43,550 nucleotides of DNA from Chlamydiia bacterium. GTDB lineage: Bacteria; Chlamydiota; Chlamydiia; Chlamydiales; Parachlamydiaceae. Both the position numbers and the translations under genes were made by a program. The first letter of the stretch is position 1; each line of letters begins with the position of its first letter. Under the pieces are notes generated by a model. The model saw only the letters and a list, made by a program, of their open reading frames with translations, was not told the DNA's origin and ran no database searches. Shown piece after piece: positions 15,197 through 23,776 of this stretch. The stretch lies in assembly GCA_020440465.1 (NCBI GenBank), contig JAGROB010000054.1, positions 1 to 43,550 of the forward strand. Direction: 5' to 3'.

Positions 15197-17391
15197 ACGT
15201 CAACTTAGAAAGGCCGCTTGACTATCGGATTCCGGAGGCTTTACTTAATCTAGTCACTCCGGGAAGCCGCGTTGAAATCCCTTTAAGAAACGGTTCTGCC
15301 TTCGGCGTAGTCTCAAAAATAAAGTCTCACTGCGACTTTCCCAACCCCAAAGCGATTTTAAGAGCCATTGAGGAAGCCAGCATCAAATCGGATCTCTTTG
15401 AGCTAGCCCTTTGGATGTCCGATTTTTACCTGACCCCCTTGAAAAAGGTCTTGAAAATCTTGCTTCCCAAAAGCGTAAGAACCGAAAAAAAAGAAAAGCT
15501 ACAATTCGCCGTTCGCCGAAAAAAATCGCTCGCAGAGATCACTCAAGAAGCTGTTCGACTTAGGACAAAAAGTCCCAGGCAAGCTCAAGTCTTGGATGTT
15601 ATGTTAAAAGCGGAAAAGGAAGCACTTTTGACAGAAGTTTTAGAAGCCTCTCAAGCCTCAAGAGCCTCTTTAGAAAGTTTAGTTAAAAACGGCTGGCTTG
15701 AGCTAGTTAAAGTCCAAATCTATCGATCCCCGTTGGAAGGTGCAGAGTATTTTAAAACCCTCCCTAAAACGCTTAATGAAGAGCAAAAAGAGGCACTTTC
15801 TAAAATTTCAGAGTCTATCCTATCGTCAAGGTTTGAAACCCATCTACTGTGGGGCATCACGGGCAGCGGCAAAACCGAAGTTTATCTTCAAGCCATACAA
15901 AAGGCGCTCGACCAAAATAAGGGCGCCATTTTAATGGTTCCCGAAATCGCGTTGACAGAGCAGACGATTGAGCGTTTCAGAAGCCGGTTCGAGGGGCATA
16001 TCGCGATCCTTCACCACCGACTCTCCGAGGGAGAAAGACTGGACGAGTGGCACCGGGTTCGAAAAGGAGAGGCTAGAATTGTGATCGGGGCAAGATCGGC
16101 CATCTTCTCCCCCGTTCAGAATTTAGGGATCATTATCATCGACGAAGAGCACGAAGATACGTACAAACAATCGGACGAGCACCCCCGCTACCACGCAAGA
16201 GAAGTGGCCATCATGCGGGCCAAAATTTTGGGGATTCCCGTGGTCTTGGGCTCCGCCACTCCCGCGCTTGAGACCTTTCACAACGCCATCACAAAAAAAT
16301 TCACCCTTTCGGAGCTATCATTTCGCGCGACCTCCCAAGCGCTTCCTAAGCTTGAAATCGTCGATATGAAGCGAGAGTATGAAAAAAACGGAGGCTATAC
16401 GCTTTTCTCAAGCGCGCTTTTAGAAGGAATAAAATCTCGCGCAGAGGCAGGTGAGCAAACGCTTTTGTTTTTAAATCGCCGGGGCTATCACTCCTGTATG
16501 AAATGTTTGGGGTGTGGAGAGGCGATTAAATGTCGTCATTGCGATGTCTCCTTAACCTTTCACAAATCGGAAAAAAAGCTTGCCTGCCACCTATGCGGCT
16601 ATGAAACCCCGCCCCCCACCATCTGTCCCGAATGTAAGACAGCCAACCCGATGAAGTTTAAGGGGGTCGGCACCGAGCAGGCGGAGGCGACTTTGAAAGC
16701 GGTCTTCCCCGAAATCCGCACCCTAAGAATGGACGCTGACACGACCCGGCATAAGGGAAGCCATGGCAAGCTTTTTAAAGCATTCGGACGGGGTAAAGCC
16801 GACGTGTTGATCGGCACGCAAATGGTGGCAAAAGGGCTCCACTTTCCCGAAGTGACGTTAGTGGGGGTATTATCTTGCGACACCAGTTTAAATATCCCCG
16901 ACTTTAGAGCCTCGGAAAAAACATTTCAGCTGCTCACACAGGTGGCGGGCCGTGCCGGCCGGGGCGTAAAAGCGGGTGAAGTGATCTTACAAACGCTCCT
17001 TCCCGATAACGATACGATTTTACTTGCCCTGAAACAGGACTTTCGTGCCTTTTATGAGGAAGAAATTGCCGTCCGGAAATGCTTTTCCTACCCCCCCTAT
17101 TCCGCCCTTGTTAAGATTTCTTCATCTTCTCTTTCGGAAAAAAAGGGCTTTCATACCCTTGAAAACTTGAGAAATGCACTGATCCCCCATCTTCCCCCAA
17201 ACTGCGAACTTATGCCCCCGCTGCCTGCCGGACATGCTCGTGTGAAGGACCACTATCGGTTTAATCTGCTCCTGAAGGGGCCCACTCCCCTCCCCCTCCT
17301 TCGAGCGCTTCGCCCAATCTTACCTAAGTTCTTAACCCTTAAAGATGTAAAAATTTCCGTCGACGTCAACCCCTCTTCCACGTTTTTCTAA
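15154..17391 (+). CDS. priA: Primosomal protein N' (replication restart helicase PriA)
   Basis: 745 aa. Walker A GITGSGKTEVY, DEEH box, and Cys-rich zinc region CLGCGEAIKCRHCDVSLTFH...CHLCG...CPEC. Confidence 0.95.
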   Translation: MPGNCPPEIAEVLLDVNLERPLDYRIPEALLNLVTPGSRVEIPLRNGSAFGVVSKIKSHCDFPNPKAILRAIEEASIKSDLFELALWMSDFYLTPLKKVLKILLPKSVRTEKKEKLQFAVRRKKSLAEITQEAVRLRTKSPRQAQVLDVMLKAEKEALLTEVLEASQASRASLESLVKNGWLELVKVQIYRSPLEGAEYFKTLPKTLNEEQKEALSKISESILSSRFETHLLWGITGSGKTEVYLQAIQKALDQNKGAILMVPEIALTEQTIERFRSRFEGHIAILHHRLSEGERLDEWHRVRKGEARIVIGARSAIFSPVQNLGIIIIDEEHEDTYKQSDEHPRYHAREVAIMRAKILGIPVVLGSATPALETFHNAITKKFTLSELSFRATSQALPKLEIVDMKREYEKNGGYTLFSSALLEGIKSRAEAGEQTLLFLNRRGYHSCMKCLGCGEAIKCRHCDVSLTFHKSEKKLACHLCGYETPPPTICPECKTANPMKFKGVGTEQAEATLKAVFPEIRTLRMDADTTRHKGSHGKLFKAFGRGKADVLIGTQMVAKGLHFPEVTLVGVLSCDTSLNIPDFRASEKTFQLLTQVAGRAGRGVKAGEVILQTLLPDNDTILLALKQDFRAFYEEEIAVRKCFSYPPYSALVKISSSSLSEKKGFHTLENLRNALIPHLPPNCELMPPLPAGHARVKDHYRFNLLLKGPTPLPLLRALRPILPKFLTLKDVKISVDVNPSSTFF

Positions 17392-17410
17392 GCGTCTGGC
17401 ACACCTCTTG

Positions 17411-17445
17411 CTCCTCTTTCCTCATACAAAACAGAGGAGTTTTTT
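17411..17445 (+). terminator. Possible intrinsic terminator after priA whose 3' stem arm doubles as the SD of the next gene
   Basis: CTCCTCT (17411..17417) pairs with AGAGGAG (17433..17439), followed by TTTTTT (17440..17445) and ATG at 17446. The loop is long (15 nt). Confidence 0.4.
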
Positions 17446-19011
17446 ATGTCAGCAGATTATGGGACCTTAGGCCCGCCACCTAGCACCCCCCCTCCCCCAC
17501 CACCCGATACCGGTAAAACAAGTGGAGCGCAGAATGCTCAAGCGCCTACTCAAACTCAAGTAAATCGAACGAATCAGAAAGTTGAAGAAGCGGTAAGCGT
17601 TGAAGATCTTATGAAAGAGTTAGACGCGCTTTTTAGTCAATCAAGGGACTCTCTTGAAGGTCGTGCCAGCACCGACACCTCTAAGGTTTCCACCGTTGAG
17701 ATTGAAAAGCAACAACTAGAAGGGTTTACCGCCCTTGTAGCAACTAAAGGAAAACCCCCTGCTGCACCGAAACCACAAACTGAATCGAAACGAAATTTCG
17801 AACCCACTCCTCCTTCCACACCCAGCCCCGCTGCCCAAAAACGCGGAGCTGAAGCCAAAAAAAGCCCGGGCATTCAGATAACCGGGGATGAAGCGGCCCA
17901 ATTAGCCAAAGAGTTTGAAGCGGCAGAGGGCTTGCCTGTAGTCCACATAGATGCTTCATCTGAAAGTGTTGATGATTTGAGAGAACAGCTGTCTGAAATC
18001 GAAGACGACATAAGTCACATAACAGACAAAACCTCTCCCGACTACCAATTCCGAATGAATGAGAAGAAGAAAGTAGAAACCAAAATCCGACAGCTAACCG
18101 GAGAATCTCCGCAAACAGAAGGCGCCACGAAGAAGCGGAAGTTTGAAGCCTTGACGACGACAATTTCAGATGGTTTTCAAACCTGGGTGGACGGAGCCAA
18201 AAGAATGGTTCCAATAGCGACAAGCGCGATTAAATCAGCCAATGCTAAACGTCAAAAGACCGGACGTGACGAGCTTGACCGACTGGGACAAGAAGTAGTT
18301 GATAGCGCCCAAGCCAAAGTAGGCGAAGAGGGTGGCAAGTCCAAAGGGCGTCTAAGAGATTTAACCCAAACCTTCAGCCACATCTATCCCCGAAAACGGG
18401 CGCAGACTGAATCAACTCCTTTGTCTGATGCCTCCACAAACGAGGGTACTTCAAAACAGTCTTGGGTCAATCTGGCAAACTTGACTAGAAGTTTTACTGA
18501 ACTCGCTCTTAAAAAAGCAAGAGCCGAAGCCATAAATCAACAGAGAGACCTTTTGGAGGGTAAGCTAAGAAAGGCTAAAGCAGACTTAGAAGATTTTACA
18601 GGTTACTATGACGAGGAAGAAGACGTGGGTCTTAAATTTAAGTTAGGAAAAGAAGTGGATAGACTCAAAAATGAAGTCAAAAATCTGGAAGAGTCTTTAA
18701 GGCTATTCAAAGAGCCATCCGATGCTTCTGAACAACCTCAAAAAAGCCCTTCTAGCGCCCCACTCACAGAAGCTGCAGCGCCCGATAAAAGAGCTCAAAA
18801 ACTTGCAAAACAACAAATTGAAGAAATGAAAGGCCCCTACAGAAGAGCTGTATACGATCTTGAGCAACAGCGGGAATATCTTGCAGAAGCTCAAGCGCCG
18901 TATGAAAAGCGACTTTTAGAAGCTAGTATCGCAAGGCTTAAAAAAGATATCGATAGCTTTCAGGCTGTAACGGGACTAACTCCCGAAGAAGTTACTGAAG
19001 AAGAGAATTAA
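17446..19011 (+). CDS. Proline-rich / coiled-coil orphan protein (candidate secreted effector)
   Basis: 521 aa with an AGAGGAG SD 6 nt upstream. No signal peptide or TM segment. N-terminal PPPSTPPPPPPD, second tract PPAAPKPQ...PTPPSTPSPAA, and a Glu/Lys-rich C-terminal half with heptad-like character. Confidence 0.7.
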   Translation: MSADYGTLGPPPSTPPPPPPDTGKTSGAQNAQAPTQTQVNRTNQKVEEAVSVEDLMKELDALFSQSRDSLEGRASTDTSKVSTVEIEKQQLEGFTALVATKGKPPAAPKPQTESKRNFEPTPPSTPSPAAQKRGAEAKKSPGIQITGDEAAQLAKEFEAAEGLPVVHIDASSESVDDLREQLSEIEDDISHITDKTSPDYQFRMNEKKKVETKIRQLTGESPQTEGATKKRKFEALTTTISDGFQTWVDGAKRMVPIATSAIKSANAKRQKTGRDELDRLGQEVVDSAQAKVGEEGGKSKGRLRDLTQTFSHIYPRKRAQTESTPLSDASTNEGTSKQSWVNLANLTRSFTELALKKARAEAINQQRDLLEGKLRKAKADLEDFTGYYDEEEDVGLKFKLGKEVDRLKNEVKNLEESLRLFKEPSDASEQPQKSPSSAPLTEAAAPDKRAQKLAKQQIEEMKGPYRRAVYDLEQQREYLAEAQAPYEKRLLEASIARLKKDIDSFQAVTGLTPEEVTEEEN

Positions 19012-19954
19012 ACACACCTTTGGTAGCCCAGAAGGTCCAACCTTGAGGATGAAGCCAGGAGAGAAGGGCTCTTGAGGAGTAGGGAAGGGTTTCTAAGATA
19101 GATTGCATGAGGGCGGTATTGTCTGTGGGCGGTGGTGCCCCTTCTTTTTGGACATGTAGTGTTATCCCTTGGAATTCAAGCGTCTGGTCGTAAAACGGGG
19201 TGGGGTTAGGCGTTTTTTTGAGCGGCTCGCCGTAATCTTTTAGCAGGTTTAAAAAATCGGGATCGTTCATCAGGGACCGAGAGACGACAATACCGAAAGA
19301 GGCTATCGGAGTGGCTTTACCTTCGTTTTTGACAAGTTGAGTAATGAAATCACCGAATAAGAAAGCTTTATCGGGTCCCTTTTGCACTAAATAAAGACCT
19401 AACTTTAAAAAAATTGGGTGTGCTAACCCCGGCGTATCAACTCCGCCGAAATTTAGCGATTTAAGCGCATAGGGGCGACGCTTTTCTTCAAAAAAAAGAT
19501 AAGAGCTTTTGTCGATAAGATCGGGGTCGAAGGGTTTGTCTTGTATCCAAAGCTGATCCAAATCAACAAGCGTTCGGGGATGAGCTTCAAGGTAGCGTTT
19601 GAGTCGGGGTGTAAGTACCCCTTTTTGCATCACCGCGGCGAGCGCAATTGCGCGAAACATCGGATTCGGCGGCTTCATCATATCGGCCGTTTCTAATAAG
19701 ACATCGGCATTGTGCTCTTTTAAAATATCCATACACTGTTCCATCGACGATCTGGGGGAGAGGCGCCTTAAAAGCACATGCATGGCCCCTTCGTTCAAAA
19801 TTCCCAGAGGAGGTACGGTAAACTCGGAGGGAGAGCGGGGTGTCTCCGAAGGGCTTACAGAGTGAGAGGAGGCCAGGCTTAAAATCGTAGAAGTTGCAGG
19901 TTCCATAGGCAACAAGCCTATGCGCGATACACATTTCCTACAACCCCAAACCAT
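18992..19954 (-). CDS. Hypothetical protein
   Basis: 320-aa ORF with no motif recognised. Its 3' end overlaps the convergent 17446..19011 ORF by 20 nt. The start is uncertain (alternative ATG at 19906). Confidence 0.55.
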   Translation of the reverse strand: MVWGCRKCVSRIGLLPMEPATSTILSLASSHSVSPSETPRSPSEFTVPPLGILNEGAMHVLLRRLSPRSSMEQCMDILKEHNADVLLETADMMKPPNPMFRAIALAAVMQKGVLTPRLKRYLEAHPRTLVDLDQLWIQDKPFDPDLIDKSSYLFFEEKRRPYALKSLNFGGVDTPGLAHPIFLKLGLYLVQKGPDKAFLFGDFITQLVKNEGKATPIASFGIVVSRSLMNDPDFLNLLKDYGEPLKKTPNPTPFYDQTLEFQGITLHVQKEGAPPPTDNTALMQSILETLPYSSRALLSWLHPQGWTFWATKGVFNSLLQ

Positions 19955-20051
19955 TTTTTGAAATTTTTACTGCCGGAAAAAGAGAAAGATAAGTTTTTCA
20001 ACGAAACTTCTGGATTGAAAAGATAAGTGAGTTCGGCTAGTATTTTTTCCT

Positions 20052-21458
20052 ATGTTAAAACTTGCGAAGTCAAATAGCGCCGTTATCGAGGCGCCGAAAG
20101 AAGCCGTGTATACTCCCCACTTAAGGGCGGCCGGCAATAAGATCTATTTTATCAGCCTCGGCTGCCCCCGAAACCTGGTCGATAGTGAAGTGATGCTCGG
20201 CATCCTGCTAAGGTCGGGCTATGAAGTGGCGGAAGCGCTGGAAGATGCCGACTATATCGTCATTAACACCTGCGGTTTTTTAGAAGCGTCACGAAATGAG
20301 TCTAAGGAGACCGTTCAGATGACGCTTTCGGAGAAAAAGCCGACTGCGAAAGTGATCGTCACGGGCTGCATGGTGCAGACCCACTCCAAAGAGCTTAAAG
20401 ATACTTTTCCCAAGATTGATTATTTGCTCGGCTCCGGCGATGTGGAAGGGATTTTAAAGGCTGTGCAAGCGGAAGCGCCCGGAGAAAACGTCTCTAACGC
20501 CCGAAGTTATCTGGAAGTGGGAGAAGTCCCCCGCATGCTATCGACGCCGAAGCACTTTGCGTATTTAAAAATCGCGGAAGGTTGTAAAAAACGGTGCGCC
20601 TATTGCGTGATCCCCACGATTAAAGGGCCGCTTAAGAGCAAGCCAAAAGAAAAAATCTTGCAAGAGTTTAAAACGCTGTTAAATCAAGGCGTAAAAGAGA
20701 TTATTTTAATCGCGCAGGACCTGGGCGACTACGGCAAAGACCACGGCTTCAAAAAGTCGGAAGGGCTTATTGACTTGCTTAAATCCCTCTTGGAGCAAAA
20801 AGAGCGCTTTTGGCTCAGACTTTTGTACCTTTACCCCGATGAAATCACCGATGAGCTGATCGATCTTATGAAATCTGACGATCGGATCTGCCCTTATCTC
20901 GATATGCCGATTCAGCACATCAATGACCGGGTCTTAAAGTCGATGCACCGGGCAACTTCGAAAGCGCAAGTGATCGATACGATCACAAAACTTAGAAAAG
21001 CAATCCCTGACATCTCCATTCGAACCAGCTTAATTGTGGGTTATCCGGGAGAGACGGAAGAAGAGTTCGAAGAGCTTTGCCAATTTGTACAAGACTATCC
21101 CCTGGAAAACGTGGGGATTTTCACCTTCTCGAAAGAGCCCGGTTCTTATGCCTTCGATCTGGAAGACCAGATTGATGAAAAGGTCAAACAAGCAAGGAAA
21201 GAAAAGCTCATTAGCATCCAGCAAACCGTCTTAAAACGGACGAATCAGCGCTTTGTCGGAAAGACAATCCCCGTTGTGGTAGAGGGCTTTCATCCCGAGT
21301 CCAACTTACTTATGGTTGGACGCCACCGCGGACAATGTCCAGAGATCGATGGCCAGGTCATCATTAACGACACCCGGAAAGTGAAAGGGTTCGGGCGTGT
21401 CTACCAGGCTAAAGTGACTGACGCTTTTGAGTACGATTTAGTTGCAAGAATCGTCTAA
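20052..21458 (+). CDS. rimO: Ribosomal protein S12 methylthiotransferase RimO (radical SAM MTTase)
   Basis: N-terminal MTTase motif YFISLGCPRNLVDSE, radical SAM cluster CKKRCAYC, and a C-terminal TRAM-like domain. Confidence 0.85.
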   Translation: MLKLAKSNSAVIEAPKEAVYTPHLRAAGNKIYFISLGCPRNLVDSEVMLGILLRSGYEVAEALEDADYIVINTCGFLEASRNESKETVQMTLSEKKPTAKVIVTGCMVQTHSKELKDTFPKIDYLLGSGDVEGILKAVQAEAPGENVSNARSYLEVGEVPRMLSTPKHFAYLKIAEGCKKRCAYCVIPTIKGPLKSKPKEKILQEFKTLLNQGVKEIILIAQDLGDYGKDHGFKKSEGLIDLLKSLLEQKERFWLRLLYLYPDEITDELIDLMKSDDRICPYLDMPIQHINDRVLKSMHRATSKAQVIDTITKLRKAIPDISIRTSLIVGYPGETEEEFEELCQFVQDYPLENVGIFTFSKEPGSYAFDLEDQIDEKVKQARKEKLISIQQTVLKRTNQRFVGKTIPVVVEGFHPESNLLMVGRHRGQCPEIDGQVIINDTRKVKGFGRVYQAKVTDAFEYDLVARIV

Positions 21459-21476
21459 GTTAGTGATGATGGCAGT

Positions 21477-21590
21477 ATGATTAAAAAACTGCTGAAAATG
21501 GATCCCAAAACGCGTTGGTTTGCCTTTAACTGGGCAATATATTTATTAATTTTGATTGTTACGACTTTATATAGTTATTTTAGATTATGA
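21477..21590 (+). CDS. Possible 37-aa small membrane peptide / upstream ORF overlapping the lysS start
   Basis: ATG at 21477. Translation MIKKLLKMDPKTRWFAFNWAIYLLILIVTTLYSYFRL contains one TM-like helix. Its TGA stop (21588..21590) overlaps the lysS ATG (21587..21589) as ATGA. Below the ORF-track size cutoff, with no clear SD. Confidence 0.3.
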   Translation: MIKKLLKMDPKTRWFAFNWAIYLLILIVTTLYSYFRL

Positions 21591-23161
21591 CCGAAAAGCC
21601 AGAATACCATTCCCACGAAGAGTTCATCAACCGCTCTCAAAAACTCAAAGAAATCCGCGAACTTGGGATCGAACCCTATCCGCATAAATTTCACCCTGTT
21701 CACAATACCCACGCCCTTCATACCCGCTTTGAGAAAGCCGATATCGGCCACAGCGATAAGGCAGAAGCGGGAGAGTCTCCCCAAGCGGCCCTTGCGGGAA
21801 GGTTGGTACTCTTCCGTGCGATGGGAAAAAACGCGTTTGGACATATTCAAGACGCTTCCGGCCGCATCCAGGTGATGTTCAACCGCGATAATACCGTGGT
21901 TGAGGGGCTTGACAGTGAAAGCGAAGTGAAACCACTTAAGTTCATTGAAAAGAAACTCGATTTGGGTGATCTGATCGGGGTAGAGGGGCATCTCTTCCAC
22001 ACGAATAAGGGGGAACTTACCCTTTATGTGAAAAAAGTTGTCGTCTTAGCCAAAACGCTGCTTCCTTTGCCCGACAAACATGCCGGGCTTGCGGACAAAG
22101 AACTTCGCTACAGAAAACGGTGGCTCGATCTCATCGTGAATCCCGACGTTCGAGAGCGCTTTAAAGTAAGAAGCCACATTTTAAAAACCGTAAAAGACCA
22201 CTTTTTAGACTTAGACTTTTTAGAGGTGGAAACCCCTGTGTTGCAAAGCCTTTATGGCGGAGCGGAAGCGAGACCCTTTACCACAAAGCTAAACGCGCTC
22301 GATCAGGATATGTTTTTACGGATTTCCCTTGAAATTCCGTTGAAAAAGCTGATTGTCGGTGGTATGGATAAAGTCTTTGAGATCGGAAAAGTATTCAGAA
22401 ACGAAGGGATTGACCGGAATCACAACCCGGAGTTCACGCTGTTAGAAGCGTACGCGTCTTATTGGGATTACAACGACATGATGCACACGCTTGAGACCCT
22501 TTTTGAAAAGCTTGCAATCCAACTTTATGGCTCTACAAGAGTCCCCTTCCTTGACCCCCAAACGGGAAAAGCCCTCGATATCGATATGAAGGCGCCCTGG
22601 AAGCGGCTGACCATGAAAGAGGCAATCAAAGAGTACGGCAAAGTCGATGTCGATACCCTTAACGATGACGCCATCAGAAAAATATTGGTTGAAAAAGGAG
22701 AAATGGAGTCCAAAGAGGCGGCAAAATTAAGTCGCGGGCTTTTGATCCAAAACTTGTTCGAAGTGCTTTGTGAAGATCAACTGATCCAGCCGCACCACAT
22801 CATCGACCATCCGATCGAAACGACGCCCCTTTGCAAGCCCCACCGTCATGAAGAGATGAGAAAAGAGGGGCTGGTCGAGCGTTTTGAAAGCTTTATCTTG
22901 GGACAAGAGATCGCGAACTCTTACTCCGAGCTTAACGACCCCGAAATACAAAGAGAGTTATTGGAGTCGCAGGCTGAACGACGCGAGATGGGTGACGAGG
23001 AAGCGGCCCCGTTGGACGAGGAGTTTATCGAAGCAATCTGCCAGGGTATGCCCCCTTGCGGCGGCATTGGCATTGGGATTGACCGTCTGGTGATGCTGTT
23101 TACTAGCTCCCACTCTATCCGGGATGTGCTCTACTTCCCGTGGATGAAGCCCTTGGGATGA
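21587..23161 (+). CDS. lysS: Lysyl-tRNA synthetase, class II
   Basis: 524 aa. OB-fold N-terminal domain and class II motifs (FRNEGID, GGIGIGIDRLVM). Confidence 0.97.
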   Translation: MTEKPEYHSHEEFINRSQKLKEIRELGIEPYPHKFHPVHNTHALHTRFEKADIGHSDKAEAGESPQAALAGRLVLFRAMGKNAFGHIQDASGRIQVMFNRDNTVVEGLDSESEVKPLKFIEKKLDLGDLIGVEGHLFHTNKGELTLYVKKVVVLAKTLLPLPDKHAGLADKELRYRKRWLDLIVNPDVRERFKVRSHILKTVKDHFLDLDFLEVETPVLQSLYGGAEARPFTTKLNALDQDMFLRISLEIPLKKLIVGGMDKVFEIGKVFRNEGIDRNHNPEFTLLEAYASYWDYNDMMHTLETLFEKLAIQLYGSTRVPFLDPQTGKALDIDMKAPWKRLTMKEAIKEYGKVDVDTLNDDAIRKILVEKGEMESKEAAKLSRGLLIQNLFEVLCEDQLIQPHHIIDHPIETTPLCKPHRHEEMRKEGLVERFESFILGQEIANSYSELNDPEIQRELLESQAERREMGDEEAAPLDEEFIEAICQGMPPCGGIGIGIDRLVMLFTSSHSIRDVLYFPWMKPLG

Positions 23162-23190
23162 AACCCCACTGAGCCATAGTCTCGCTTTAG

Positions 23191-23520
23191 ATTTTCAACG
23201 CAAAAAACGCAAAAGCGCAAAAACACAAAAGGCGGCTTCGCCGTCAGAAAAGGCCCCACGGCGTACCGCCGTAGGGCCAACGGCCTGCAACCGACAATAT
23301 AAAATTGTCGTCTGCGATAGCGGCGCTATAGGCGCCGCGCCTCCTTGCCATGAATTTCGCGGCTGAAAGCCGCCGGCGGATTTGCCGCCGTTGTTATTCG
23401 AATTGGCGCCTTGGCGCCAATTCCAGCCGGTAGGCGAAAAAGCGTTAAGCTTTTTTGACTTTTCTGACGGCGAAGCCGCCTTTTGCGCTTTTGCGCTTTT
23501 GCGTTTTTTGCGTTGAAATT
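23191..23520. repeat. 330-bp GC-rich nested-palindrome element bounded by 62-bp near-perfect terminal inverted repeats (MITE-like or structured RNA)
   Basis: The left arm (23191..23252) and right arm (23459..23520) are reverse complements with about 3 mismatches. Each arm carries phased A-tracts (CGCAAAAAA/CGCAAAAG/CGCAAAAA/CACAAAAG). The interior holds at least 7 separate hairpins, e.g. GAATTGGCGCC-TT-GGCGCCAATTC at 23400..23423. Confidence 0.85.
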
Positions 23521-23530
23521 TTACACGAGC

Positions 23531-23776
23531 TTATTGTTCAAGAAGGCGCAAGACCAGCTTTTCCCCATGGGGGGTAAGACAAATCTCCTCCCCTCCCTGT
23601 TTCTTTACGAAAGTAGTCTGTGCCAAAAGCTTCACGATGTTGTTTACCGTGCGGGGGTTCATGCCAAGCTTCTCTCCGATCGCATACATGTTCCTGTCGG
23701 CGTAAGGATCGCCTGTAGCTACCGCAGACTCGTAAAGGGTAATTAAATACTTTTCGTCTTTTGTAAAACTTTTCAT
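23531..23776 (-). CDS. Small winged-helix-like DNA-binding protein, function unknown
   Basis: 81 aa. HTH-like segment AIGEKLGMNPRTVNNIVKLLAQTTFVKK. ATGA overlap with the cysS stop. Confidence 0.55.
   Translation of the reverse strand: MKSFTKDEKYLITLYESAVATGDPYADRNMYAIGEKLGMNPRTVNNIVKLLAQTTFVKKQGGEEICLTPHGEKLVLRLLEQ

Noticed and set aside
17637-18223. Three minus-strand ORFs (78, 61 and 159 aa) inside the Pro-rich gene
   Set aside because: They are antisense to a low-complexity gene where long open antisense frames are expected by chance. They have no SD and no motifs.
19587-19934. 115-aa minus-strand and 88-aa plus-strand ORFs overlapping the 320-aa orphan
   Set aside because: They are alternate or antisense frames. 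The longer 18992..19954 frame was kept, itself only at moderate confidence.
23191-23252. Short GCAAAA-type tandem units considered as a possible CRISPR or iteron array
   Set aside because: The units are only about 8-9 nt with no spacers, and they are mirrored in the opposite arm. They are part of a terminal inverted repeat, not a CRISPR array.
23483-23746. 87-aa plus-strand ORF starting inside the right inverted-repeat arm
   Set aside because: It begins within the palindromic element and runs antisense to the 81-aa wHTH gene. It is an artefact of the A/T-tract repeat and the antisense frame.
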